Assembly (NCBI RefSeq): GCF_006345805.1
Contig: NC_043004.1
Location: 68,262,001-68,326,000 of the forward strand
Direction: 5' to 3'
DNA: 64,000 nt
From: Octopus sinensis
Lineage: Eukaryota
Of this stretch, positions 24,435 to 38,847 are shown in pieces; position 1 is the stretch's first letter, and the number at the start of each line of letters is the position of its first letter. The translations under genes and the position numbers were made by a program. The notes under the pieces are model-generated. The model was not told the DNA's origin. It searched no databases and saw only the letters and a list, made by a program, of their open reading frames with translations.

Positions 24435-25480
24435 AAAATATTTATTAGTAGCGTATGTTGTATCAGTAGTGCGTGAAGAACCAGGAGATTGCTGGGCAGC
24501 TCTTTCACGAAAAGTTTCACGACAACTTTATCGAAACGATTCACTGTTGCTTAAGTAAAGAACATAGTTGTAATTAGTAATTACATCAATTATTTATTTT
24601 TCTTGCATCATTAATGTAGGAAATGGTCACAGTTCAGAGGATTCCATTATTTCAAAAATATTACGTCGCGGAGAAAATCGCGACATCTCTGGTTAAATAG
24701 TCTTCTTAATACAATAGTGATGACAAAGATAATTAAGTAATTAATTGTTAATTTCCTCATTTAATTCCATATCAGTTACTAAATAAATAATACGATTTTC
24801 ATATTTGTAATAAGAAACATAAATAAACGATTGCTATAACGTGATTGTAAAATATAGATAGATAGATATATACATACATATATACATACATACATACATA
24901 CATACATACATTATCATCCCCCAGGTGCCCTCTCAGTGACCACGGGTCGATTCGCCAGGGTTCTCAAGTTCCATCTGTCTTGTACATCTTGTGTATAATG
25001 AGTTAGGCGCTTGTCCCAGTCTATTCCTTCATGTCAGTTCACAAACATTTCCACAGCTCCCTACTTTCCTCCCGCTGGAATGCGGTTAGTCTTTCCTTGG
25101 CCAATGAATCATGGCGCATCTATATCCAAAATACAACAACTTTATGAACTTGATCTCTGCATTTCTAGTACAGCAGCGTTTGATACCCCGTCCTTACACC
25201 TTGTTTTTCTCACTCTATGAATGATCAACATCTCAAAAGTATCTCTGTTCATTTCTGTATATATTGTCTGAGGTTTTGCTCCGTAAAAGACAATTGGCCT
25301 AATATAGTGGTCTATTAATCTGTTTTATCATAGGTGAAGCGCCATGTCCTAGGAAGTGAAGAGCTTTTCAAAAGAGCTGTCATAGTAGTATACCAGGAAT
25401 TGTCAGAACCGTGAGTGACCAAGAGATGTGTAAGACATGGATGTATGTAATGATCACACCCATTTCATGTCCATTCACTG

Positions 25481-25700
25481 GATATCACTGAAAAGGAGAA
25501 GACTTAAGCTGAACTATTGAGAAATCTGTAGTTACTCTATCCAGATTAGAAGTTTCGATTTATACCTGTAATTATTGGGGCCCTGGGATATGTAACACAG
25601 ATCCAATCGATCACTGGAACTGTAAAACGTTCCATAAGTTTATCATTTAAATATATTTGAGTCATGGGATTACCCTGAGTTTCCTGTCCATGAAGCTTTA
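25481..25700 (+). mobile_element. Degraded RLE-type LINE C-terminus
   Basis: Broken frame EKEKT*AELLRNL...KFRFIPVIIGALGYVT...ITGTVK. Confidence 0.5.
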
Positions 25701-26000
25701 GTTTTATGGCGTATCGTCAGACCCCCAAACCCTGTTGGCCTAAGACCTCTTCAAAATATGGAGGGCCAAGAACCTCGCTAGGAAGGTAAATGATTATCTC
25801 CCTTTGTCATTGGCTATCGACTTCCGGCTTAGCGGAAAGTGTTCCCCCCATTATTTTGTACACTGCTCTGCATCTTAGAGTGTGCTTCTTCTGTGGATTT
25901 ATAATTTCCACAAATGATACATATATATACGCTCATATATATATGTATACATATACACACATACATATACATGTATATTAATATTTATATATACGCACGC

Positions 26001-26049
<49 letters not shown>

Positions 26050-26501
26050 GCGTGTCTATATTAGCTTTTATCTACTAATGTGGGTATATGTACGTGTGCG
26101 TGTATATATATATATATGTGTGCGTGTGTGTGTGTCCATATCTACGTATTTGTACGCATGTGTGTGTATACATGTAGATCTTTATGTATGTGTATATATA
26201 TGACTTTATGCATGCATGTAAGTAGCATACATATAGATACTTTGATGCTGTATATCTTTAGCCTTTTGTTTTTAGACGTATATTTTATGAAGCGTCGATA
26301 TACGAAACTTGAAGTTTCAGCAGCTTATCGAAATCTGGCTTCGTATATAAACACTGATTTATTTACTGATTTCTGAAGCCCTTCGTGTGTATACTAACAG
26401 GATCGTACACGCACATCAATATACACACATGTGTGTATATGCATGTGTATATGTGTGTGCGTTGTTATTTTCTTTCGACCACTCATACACCCCCGTTTTC
26501 G

Positions 26502-26554
<53 letters not shown>

Positions 26555-27363
26555 ATATAATATATATTATACATCGAGTCTTTAAACAAATGGGGGGACT
26601 GAGAGAAATTATCAATGTTGTTTATATGCTGAGTATATACATGCTATTTACTGATATGACCATATCAGCCAGCGCATACAGACATACATTCATATATACG
26701 CACATACATACACACGCACACACACACATATATATATATATTCACATACACACACACACGCACACATATTTATATATATATATATTTATATATATATATA
26801 TGTATACATATATATATGTACATATGTATATATATATTTATATATATATATTTATACATATATATATGTATGTACATATGTATATTTATATGTATATATA
26901 TATATCATTTTATATATATATATATATATATATACAAACCCACACACACACTTGTACATATATGTATGTATTTATGTGAGAGTGTATGCATGCACGCATG
27001 CATATATCTATGTATTCATGTATGTATGTATGCATGTATGTATGAACGCATTGTAGTATTCTCAGCTTGCTTCTGTGATCAGTGAAGAAAAATATGTTAT
27101 AACTGATATTCATATCTGTAATAGAGATTATGGAATCTCTGTTCTATAATACCGGGGATTTCTTAGCAGATTTCCTTCTCGAGATACAGGTCATAACACT
27201 ATACAATGTGCTTCCTTAGAAGGGATATTTTGGTAAACAGCTTATCGACATTCTTCTTCTCTAACGCATATACACTTTCACCTTATAGCACCCTATCGCA
27301 TACTGTCGCTTTACACAAACGCACGTACACGCCATTATACACAAAATACATACATACAATATG

Positions 27364-27425
<62 letters not shown>

Positions 27426-27537
27426 ATATAGATATATATATATATATATATATATATAGCTATATATATATATATATATATGTATACATCTGTGTGTTAT
27501 GGTATGTGTTGCAAATGTATGTGCTTGTGTGTTTACA

Positions 27538-27574
<37 letters not shown>

Positions 27575-28042
27575 CATACATAATATAGAGGTGTCTGTAT
27601 CTATGTATGTATAAACATATGTATATGGATTTGCATATATGATGCTTAAAGTAACTTACTCTTTCAAATATTTATCTTTGTCTCTCCTTTTCTCTCAGCG
27701 ATCTTTCTCTTTTCCTCCTCGTTCTCTCTAAAATATATACAAATATATATATATGTGCTTATAAATTTGAGTATGCGCACAACCACACACACATAGACAC
27801 ACACAGACACACGCGGACACGCACACACACGCTCATATATATATATATATACATACACACTAACATATATATATATATATATACATACAAATGCACGTGT
27901 ATATATACAGGTGCATACAGATATATGCATATACATACAGATATAGAAAAGGTATATAAAGAAATACGACTGTCTACATTCATGTATTTATGCACTCGAA
28001 AGTATACACGTACGTATGCATCTAAGTATGCATAGGTAGTTT

Positions 28043-28096
<54 letters not shown>

Positions 28097-28172
28097 GGTA
28101 GATGTGTGTATATATATATATATCTATAAGTATATAATATAGTATATATATAAAATATATGTGTGTGTGTAG

Positions 28173-28211
<39 letters not shown>

Positions 28212-28379
28212 ATATATAAATGCATATATAAATGCACTTCCTCTCCTTTTCCTCACTCGCTCCCCCTCTCTATGCATATGTATACATATATTTTATATAG
28301 AAATACATACATATATACAGCGAGTGAGAAATGGAGAGAAAGTGTGAGTTATCTATGTATTATATATATACACCACACC

Positions 28380-28411
<32 letters not shown>

Positions 28412-28412
28412 T

Positions 28413-28446
<34 letters not shown>

Positions 28447-28458
28447 CTATATATATAT

Positions 28459-28492
<34 letters not shown>

Positions 28493-29625
28493 TCACACAG
28501 ACATGCTTATATGCATACATACACACACACACCATATATATATATATATATATTATATATATTATTTATATATAATACAAACACGCATTGGCTCTTGTAA
28601 CACCCATCCGCATGCCTCTGTTTCTTATTGTAGGGGTTTTCTTTCAATATCCATGGGCTTTATATTTGTTGTTGGTTGTTCTTGTTTCTATTGTAGCCGT
28701 CGCTGCTGCCGATTCTGCTGCTGCTGCTGCTTACGCTATATCTGTTGTTATCGTCGTTTTCCTTCTTCTGATTTCCAAAGCATAGTTCCCAAGATAAATG
28801 TTCGCTCAAGATTGAAAAATCCCTAAACTGATTCCATAGAGTTTCTTTCTCATTTTCTCTGTTTATGTTTATTTTTATCCTCATATGTTTTTGTTTTTTT
28901 TCTCAATGAGATGCGTTGTCGAGGCTTTAATTTCTTTACATTTCGTTAGGGTATTTTTTCATTCTCTGTTTTTTTTTATTTCTTTTTCCTTTACCCTTCT
29001 CCACAATATGGCTACCGTCAACGACCGGTCTTCTATACTTCAATAACTGTAATCTGTTATTTACATCCACGTTCTTATACGTATGAATGTTTGCGTTTTC
29101 CTGAAGCTTATACCTCTAAATTTAGCAGCTTGAAAATCGATTGCTGTTTGAGATAACAGATTTTTATCATCGCTGCTAGAAACAAACCTCGAATATGTGT
29201 TTACGCCGTAGGATGTAAAATAGCCTATCTGGTCACACACCGACACAAACAAACACACATACTCACACACACACACAAACACACACATACACAAACAAGA
29301 AGTTTTTTAAGAAAACGGGTTTGAGTTTAAACATTACTTGTATCTTTTAGCAAATCACATTCATGTTTGCCTTCATCGGTTGTTGTAAAGTTTGATGCTT
29401 TGACAAACATAACGTACAAGTCAAGTAGGGATTCTCCACGTGTTTGCTGCTTACTATGCTAAATATAGTAACTGAATCAACCTCAAAGCATTACGCTGCT
29501 GTTTTAAACAAACTGTAAAATCATTTATAGGTTTTATTTATCTTTTTATTTTTACTTCTTTAACTCATTGGACTTCGGCTTTGCTGGGGCACAGTCTTCA
29601 ATAGTGTAATCGAACAAAGTAACTG

Positions 29626-29939
29626 CTGTTCTATATTTAAGAAATGAGGAATTATGTACATTATTTACATTATTTATATTTGACGGATATTTGTCTTCAT
29701 CTAGTTTGTTGTTAACACAACTTTTCGGCTGATATACCCTTCAGCCTTCATCAGGTGTCTTGGGGAAATTTTGAACCTGGGTTCAAAAGGTATTTTTCGA
29801 TGTTGTTGTTGTTATTATTATATTTTATTATTATTATTATTATTATTATTAATATTATTCAGGTCACTGCCTGGAATCGAACTCGGAATCTTGGGGTTAG
29901 TAGCCCGCGCTCTAAACCACTACGCCATATGCTCGTGGG
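29626..29939 (-). mobile_element. tRNA-headed element with (TAA)n linker and hammerhead-bearing tail
   Basis: Head TGGCGTAGTGG (A box)...GAGTTCGATTCC (B box) at 29860-29933; tail motif gacac-CTGATGA-A-GGCTGA...TCAGCC-GAAA-AG-TT-gtgtt at 29714-29759. Confidence 0.7.
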
Positions 29940-30002
29940 TATATGTGTGTGCGTGAGTGTCTTTTTGTCTGTCTGTGTTTCTGTGTGCGTGTTTTTTCAT
30001 GT

Positions 30003-30178
30003 ATCTCTTACTTGCTTCAATCATTAGATTACGTCCCTACTGGGGCAACACCTCGAAGAATTTTTAGTCGAATGAATCTGCCTCATTACATATTTTCCTA
30101 TATTTTAACTTTGGTAATTTTTTATTGGTTATTCTTTCTTTCACCGAACTGCTAGGTTAGCGGAACACACACACACCC

Positions 30179-30237
<59 letters not shown>

Positions 30238-31079
30238 ATATATATTATATATATATATATCTAGATATTATATCTAGTAGCAATAAGAGGCTAGAACGAC
30301 CGAGGCTATAGTAGAAAACAGTTGCCCAAGTTGCCATATAATGAATCTGAAACCGAAGCCTTGTGGCTTAGAAGAAATATGTGTGTGTGTACGAGTGCGT
30401 GGGGGTGTATGCACTAGTGCATGTGTGTTTGTGCATGTATGAGTGCGTGTGTGTTTGTGTATGCGTGCGTGCCCGACAGGTCTCCAACTCCCAAATTCAC
30501 CCAGAAAGCATTGTTCATCCTGAGGTCATAGTAAGAGACACTTCCCTCAAGTGACACGCAGTAGGACTGAACCCGAGGACAGCATGTTTCGAATGCAAGC
30601 TTCTTAACCACAAAGCCTCTCCTGGGACATTGCTTTGGACTTAGGTTTGACGGTTCGAGTATTATTCGAAACTTAAAGGCAGACAAATGTGAAACTAATC
30701 CGGCTGACATTTCTTTTTGGGATGCCATAGATACTTTATAATAAATACACACACACACACACATACACATACACACATACACACACACACACACACATAC
30801 ACATACACACATACACACACACACACAGACACACACACACACACACGCACACACACACCCACATGTATGTTTGTAGTTCTGTGTCTGTCACCCCACCATC
30901 GCTTGACAACCGAGGGTGGTGTGCTTACGTCCCTGTGACTTTGTTGTTCGGCAAAAGCAACCGATAGAATATGTATTACGCTTACAAAGAATACGCTCTG
31001 GAGTTGATTTCTTCGACTAAAAAACGGTGCCCCAACATGTCTGCATTCAGATGACTGAAACAATTAAAAGAATAAAAGA
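30003..31079. mobile_element. Cluster of degenerate OR-like SINE fragments (30003-30370 -, 30472-30617 -, 30878-31079 +)
   Basis: Partial matches to the CORE block and tail of 4674-5077. Confidence 0.6.
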
Positions 31080-31116
31080 ATATATATGTAGGTGCATATA
31101 AATATATGTGTGTGAG

Positions 31117-31151
<35 letters not shown>

Positions 31152-31174
31152 CTATCTATCTATCTATCTCTACC

Positions 31175-31209
<35 letters not shown>

Positions 31210-31214
31210 TAATA

Positions 31215-31322
<108 letters not shown>

Positions 31323-32681
31323 TATACATATATATATAAGATATATATGAATATATATATATATTATATATATATATATGCGATACCTCGAGAAAATACT
31401 ATACCGGATGACACTCGAGAAATATGGAAAAACCTTCGCCACCTATATCCATAACAACTGGAAAAGATACCTCGATACTGTTTCATCATCTGGGACAAAG
31501 GCATAGAGAACTTGAGGAATTTAAAATTCTATTAAATGGAATAAATGACAATATACAATTCACGATGGACCACACGAAAAAGAATTACCATTTTTAGACA
31601 TCCTCATTAGAAAACCGGCAACAAAATAGAGACAGATATCTACTATAAACCGACAGACTCTAACAGTACCTACCTTTGATTCATGCCACCCACGACACAC
31701 GAGAATGAATGTCCCTTTTGTTAGCTAGAAGGATTTGCACCATATATCAGACACAACACCCGACACACACGTCTCCAGGAACTTAGAACCACACTCACAA
31801 ATAGAAACTATCCACAGCCCCTAATAGACAGTGCAATCCACGGGTACTTAAATTAAGTATAGAAGACCTCAGACAAACAAAACCAAAAAAGAAGAACAAT
31901 TAAAAACCCTTCCTACATCTCTACACACAACCCACTCAACAATGAGGCCTTCAACACCATACTACAAAGCACAGCCCTACTAAAGGGAGACCCAAAGATG
32001 AACCGGATCCTCGAAACACACACCATCATTAAAAGTAAACGGCAACCAAAATCCTTGAAAAGGATTTTAACCCAAGCTACACTGCACTCAACATCAACCA
32101 CAAACCACAGTTAGAAAATGTGGAAGGCCAACTGCGGAATCTGTGTCATCTTGAAAGAAGGATCAGAATTTATCTGGAACAAGGCCCCCAGTTTCACCAT
32201 TAGAACAACTTCACCTGCGCATCAGAAAACTTAATTTACGTCATAACATGCGCAGCTGCAATAGGCAGTATATAGGCCATACCAAAAATAGCTTACGTAC
32301 AGGATGGCGGTGCATAAATCACAAATTAGAACCCGTTACCGCAAATAACCGGTCAGCGGACACATAGATAGATGTGCTGGAAATGTAAATCCGAAATTAC
32401 AACTAACCGCTCTATAAATTCAGTGACAACGCAACCTTCACACAACGCCAAAATAAAGAACTATATTTCATAAAAAATTTAGACCAAGTTTAAATACCCT
32501 GGGCCAGGAATACTAAAGAAAAGATAAGTCCTCCGAAAAGGACAACCAAATTTCACCACGGCCCGCTACTTTCAAACAGACACTCACTCGACGGAAATAT
32601 GCCTTAGTAAAAAAGGAAAAAATTCTTTCGTGCAAATCTGACCCTGATACATACGATACAGCTAAGAGTCAGACCGATTCT

Positions 32682-33048
32682 GATTGGTCAACAAGTTGAT
32701 GACGTCTAGCTCTGCTAGAATGGACAGGATACAAACAGGGGACAGTCATTAGTCAAATATTGATGACGTCCTTTTCTGCTTGAATAGTCACCTAACAAGT
32801 AAGACAGGGGGCAGATCTAATGTAGCTATAAGTCGTGATTGGGCAGAATCTGGATGACGTCCCGCTATGCTTGACTAACGAAGCGACTGGTCAAGACAGG
32901 AACAAACAAGAGGGAGTTATAATCAGCGATTGGTCAAAATAATGATGACGTCCCGTTCCACTTGATTAAAGCCACCTAACGAAACGATTGGTCAAAACAT
33001 TGATGACGTCACGCTACGCTAGATGACCACCTAACAGGCATTATAAAA
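32682..33048 (+). promoter_or_regulatory. Five inverted-CCAAT plus CRE modules followed by a TATA box
   Basis: ATTGG-N12-TGACGTC at 32683, 32838, 32929 and 32987, variant ATTAG-N11 at 32748; TTATAAAA at 33041. Confidence 0.55.
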
Positions 33049-33354
33049 CCGAGCATTTCACAAAAACTCACGAAACACCCAGCCGAACTTCCACCATGGG
33101 TCATCACAATGCTTAAGGTAAAAAATTAATTCCTCGCTCTTTCGGAAACATCAATCTTCTGTATTGACCGCTTTCCACCACTTGATCTGTTTTTTGTATT
33201 GAATACGTATCGCACCGTGGGCCACTGCATTGACACTTTGAACATATACTTCAAACTATATATCAACTATACATGAACTCTAAATGTCTGACTCCGTTGT
33301 GTATTATAAATGATTTCTTGTGTTTGACGGCATGAGCTGTCTCTTTTTATATAT

Positions 33355-33400
33355 AACTTTTTTTGATAAGGTTCATTTCAGGAACTGAAACATGTTATAG
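33355..33400 (+). ncRNA. Minimal hammerhead-like motif with U3:A8 core, stem I degraded
   Basis: TTGATAA-GGTTC-atttcag-GAACT-GAAA-CATG-TT near the PLE 3' end. Confidence 0.45.
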
Positions 33401-33474
33401 TATTATAAAAATTAAAAATTGTAAATACAGCAGCATTTTCGAACTCATTGTTTTTACAAATATATATATATATA

Positions 33475-33573
<99 letters not shown>

Positions 33574-33599
33574 GATATATACATATATATGTGTGTGGT

Positions 33600-33990
33600 G
33601 TGTAAGCTGTATGGTAAGAGGCGTGCTTCCTAATTACATGGTATTTTGGTTCAGCCCCACTGTGGGGCACTTTGGGCAAGTATCTTCTACTATAGGCTCG
33701 TGCCGTCCAAACCTGTGTGAGTGGATTTGGTAAGCGTAAACAGAAAGAAGTCCGTCGTATATGCATAGATCTGTGTATTTGTGTTTGTATAACACCACCA
33801 CTTGAGAACCCGTGTTGGTTTGCTTACGTACCCATAAATTAGCGGCTTGGTTTCAGAGACCGATAAAATAAGTACCAGGCATAAAAAATGTTATGTTCTT
33901 GAGTCGATTCATTCCACTAAAGCTCTTCAAAGTGGTCCCTAGCATGGTCCCTGTCTAAAGACTGACGCAAAACAAGTAAAAGAATGAAAG
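33600..33990 (+). mobile_element. OR-like CORE SINE, degenerate
   Basis: Head, TTTGGGCAAGTATCTTCTACTATAGG block and ACAAGTAAAAG tail. Confidence 0.7.
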
Positions 33991-34598
33991 ACTACATACA
34001 TATAAATTTATACAGGTCGTCGTAGACTTACGACCTATCCGACTAAGGCCCTTTCGACTTTTCGACGATTGGTGCGCCAGCTACCGGCAGCAGTAATAAA
34101 TAATTTAGCTGAAATCTAATGGGTTTAATTTCTTAGAAATTAACCCCAGTAGATTTGAACTGGATAATGAGGTCATCTACGAATGACCTCACCAACAAAC
34201 GACATCGAAGATCTGCAACCATGTGTATTTCATCGCCCGTGAGGGTCTGATAAATTGTATCGAGGACAAATGCTGCTGATGAATTATAGACAAATATGTG
34301 AGTATGATTACAGATTATGTTGATAAGGAAACAATTGTTCAGCATTGATCTATCTTTTTGTTGTATTTCGCTTCCCTTATGTTGAAAGTAATGCTGTTTC
34401 TGCTATGGAAAAAAATCTTCGGTGGCTATACCAGAATAAGGAGATATTTCTAGCACTAGAGTTAGCCGCTTATCGTTAACTCTCTTATATTTATATATAA
34501 ATTTTCACTGTCTCCCTGGTTTCTATGTGCCAGGCCACTTGGTGTTAAACTGACGGTATTATTAAATTAATATCTAATTTTTCACCTCATTTAAATGA

Positions 34599-34651
<53 letters not shown>

Positions 34652-36698
34652 CATAATATTTACATCCGCAAGCAATATTCTCTATCTCTCCGGAGATAAT
34701 AGGCTATCGACGACTTTTGGCCCTACGCAGATGAATATCCTGATTCTCATGGCAAGCTACATCTCCTAAAGTCGCTAAATAATTTCTGTGACATTGACTA
34801 AATAAATAAATCAAAACTTCAGTTCTCATAACTGATAATAGAGTGTGGAATATAAACACTTCCTGAGTAGAAATATAAAGAGCGACGCATCACAACAGCA
34901 TTCACGCTGATCATCATGTAATCGTTTCCCATCCAGCTGCACTTTTGCCAGTCAAGACCGATTTCGTTTATTACACTTTACATTGGTCTTATTAATTACG
35001 TTACTCTCTTTAAAGACGTTTTGATACATGTTTCGTTCCTCCATGTTATATAGTTTGCGGTTTTCTTTCACGTTTAATATATTTTTCCCCTCATTAACTC
35101 CTCAAATAATTTATTTTTTATATTTCTCTGACAAATATATCCTGCACTAGATGTTATTCTTTCTTTCTTACTCACAACAAACAATTTATTCCACCTTCTA
35201 ACCCTCTACACCGAATATATGTCGGCGCAGGCTAACGCTTGGCTAAGCTTTTTCTGTTTATTTTATAATTTTATTTCTAACTTACTACAGAGAATAACGA
35301 ATTGCAAAAGATTAAAGAAACGTCAAAATTGTAATAATTCAGCTGTTGAAAATCTACCATATTGAAATAATGGATTTTAATACGAAAAATGTTGCTATTC
35401 ACCAAATCTAATAAATGTTAGCTTTGCTTTTCTTTTTTCTGCAGAAGTGAATATATTTCTAACCGATCAGTTACTGCACCATTGAGAGGAAATTCGTATA
35501 ATTGGAATCAACAATTAAAGAACCAATCCAGTGATAGATATTTTGATTTCATTTCATCTCGTGTGCAAAAATAAATTAAGAAAATATCTTTGATAGCCTC
35601 AAAGATAGAGTTATAGCGCATGTGCTCAGTAATTAATTTTTATTCTAAATAAAGAGTTGTGTCTCCTTAGGCTGAAAGAAGACACCGATCTTTACGACGA
35701 CAGACGAGACAAATTAAGATTTTTAAAACCTAAAATAGTTTCATAATGTCTAACAATTGCAGAGTTTATTTGTAGCTGTATTTTTATTATTATTGTTATT
35801 ATTATTCACTGATTTAGATAATTCTATTCTGGAAACAAAATCAGATTTAATAGTTCTGATTGATCCATATTTCATATTATTAAAAATAATTCGAGACGCA
35901 AAACAAGAAAACAAAAACAAAACAAAAATAAAAGAAAACAAATGAGCGAAACGATTTGTTTCCCAAGGAATTTCTGAAATCAATAATATAATTATTGATA
36001 TCACAGAGATAGGCAATCAAACACACACATGTTTACGAACAAGCATATATGAATCATACGCCATCACATGTAATGTCCAAAACACTGGAATGCTTCATGA
36101 AGCGGGTGTATATATTAAATATTTCCATTAATAAATACGTGTAATTTCTACACAAATACGCAAGCACATACATGTGGATATATGTATAAGCACGTATACA
36201 TACACATGTAATCAGCCAATATATATAAAAGTCAGTGTGCACCTCATGATATAAACAGAGAGTAAAAGTGTCCATATATGTACGTGCGTGTACGCCTGTT
36301 TGAAAATGAGAAGAGCGAATAAATATATAATATATATATATATATATATGTTATATATAAAGAGAGAGAGGGAGAGATATGTACACACACACACACAAAC
36401 ACACACAGATATCTATATAATTATGGGAGGTACGCGCACTTATAAATCCGTATGTGTGAGTATTTATATATATATATATATATATTGTATATGAACTTGA
36501 ATGTGTTTGTGTATGTGTATGTTTGTGACTGTGTGTGTGTTTGCGTGTGTGTGTGTGCGTGTGCGTTTGTGCCCGTGCGTATGCTTGTGTGTGTGCGTAT
36601 GTATACACGTTCACATATACATGAGTGGAATAGATTCTATTCGAATGCGTGCGCCCAGATAATTCGTCCAAGATAAACACGGCTGCACACAAAACATG

Positions 36699-36788
<90 letters not shown>

Positions 36789-37402
36789 TATATTATATAT
36801 ACGTATATATATATACACACACTATATGTGTCTAGACATATATATGAATATATATACATATATATATACGTGTATATATATATATATACCTATATATATA
36901 TATATACGTGTATGTATATATATATATATACCTATATATATAAACACACAAGCTTAATATTACGCACATACGCGCGCGCACTACACCAGCCACTTTCCTA
37001 TAATCATATATAAATAGAGAAATAGCAAACTGAAAATACATTTGTATAACATAAAAATTTAGATTCGTCAGTGCGTAAATAAACACCTTCAGACATACGC
37101 ACAAACACATATGCGCATGCACACACACATTCACACATACATACAGGTACAGAAAGCAAACACATATGCATTCTGGCAAAAGGAGGAAAACAATGGTAAA
37201 ATTTAATGAAGAAATCCTTGAGTAAATATATATTTTTTTACTAATCTTTTTTCTGGAAGGTTAGTAAAAGACGTACATTATCTATATATATGTATGTGTG
37301 CATATATGTGTGTGTGTGTATGCGTGTTTGTGTGTTTGTGTGTTTCTGCGTGCATATGTGTGTGAATACACATGGATATGGCGAAAATACAGAAATATAT
37401 AG

Positions 37403-37444
<42 letters not shown>

Positions 37445-37656
37445 ATAGATAGATTGATAAACAGACGGACATACATAAATGTAGACAGAGATTTAGATAG
37501 AAAAATAGACAGATAGACAAACAAATAGACAGACAGATAGACAGACAGACGGACATACATACATACAGACAGACAGAGATAGATAGATATGTAGATAGTG
37601 AGAAAGATAGATACGCAGACAGATTGACATACATGCAGACAGACAGATAGATAGGG

Positions 37657-37783
<127 letters not shown>

Positions 37784-38687
37784 GATATCTGCAAACGTAT
37801 GTTTGTACTTATACACGTGGGTGTAACTACATAATAGAGAACATATCAATGTTATATACTCATGTATTCATGCATTTGAGCCTTTCAGTCAAGATTGGAG
37901 ACCTTTTGTTATCAACAATCTCCTACTTAAATAAAGCGTATTGTTGGTGGAATACGATTGCAAAACACAGCCTCTAGAATAATATACATACATTCATACA
38001 TAGATAATTTATGTTGTTTTACAATCTTAGCTATTAAATATCTCGTTTAAATGGATATTGCAAAAATATTTTCAAAAATTTAGGTAGCACGTCCTATTTC
38101 ACCATCTAAATCTAATATTTCGTTTATCACATGAAATTACTCGTGTATTGTATGTTTAATTATATGCCATATAACCTACACCTCTTTGCATTATGGGTAT
38201 AATAACATTATCGCATCAACAACTTACTGGATATTTGAAACAGATGTAAAGATTTAATTATATTCCGAACATGCATGTAGTATCTCAAATGAATAAATTT
38301 CTAACACTAATAATTAATTGTCCTCTTACCTTCTAGCGAAGCAATCAGCTTCTGAGGTACTTTATTCTGCTTCAGAAGTTGGAGTTTAAACGTTGACCTA
38401 TCCGAGCACTAACTCTCTGTCTAACTATTCTGCGTACACTTTGCATCTTCACTCCAACTTTTCTATTCAATAGGTCTTTTCAACCCAATATTTACATGTT
38501 GTTGCCAACAGCTTTATACGATGTGTTTCGAGAATCACTACTCCAAAGAAGAATTCCTCAAAATTTCCAACAATGTTTATTACATTATATAAATATGTGG
38601 ATGGGAGATGAAGTACATGTATTCATTTATTTATATGCGTCGATGTCCGTATGTGTGTATACACACACATACACATATTTACTTATG

Positions 38688-38720
<33 letters not shown>

Positions 38721-38767
38721 CTGTGTGTGTGTATATGTTTGTATATATGTGTGTATGCATATATATA

Positions 38768-38847
38768 TTTGACAGCGTAGACAGGCAGACAATCTGGGGC
38801 ATCTTACGACATTATGGTGTGCCAGAGAGGATCATGGGCATTTTCGA
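38768..38847 (+). mobile_element. RTE-clade RT fragment
   Basis: FDSVDRQTIWGILRHYGVPERIMGIF. Confidence 0.7.

Larger units (their letters stand above)
31380..33460 (+). mobile_element. Penelope-like element, 5'-truncated and degraded
   Basis: Broken RT (KRYLD..CFIIW, LPFLDI, YYKPTD, SCHPRH) and GIY-YIG (NLIYVITC...QYIG) to ~32510, then a long 3' region; (TA)n on both sides. Confidence 0.8.

Noticed and set aside
29061-29235. Open frame IGYFTSYGVNTYSRF...
   Set aside because: No recognisable domain and a weak acceptor; compatible with chance
37040-37075. Minus-strand CTGACGA
   Set aside because: No paired stem II or GAAA in register
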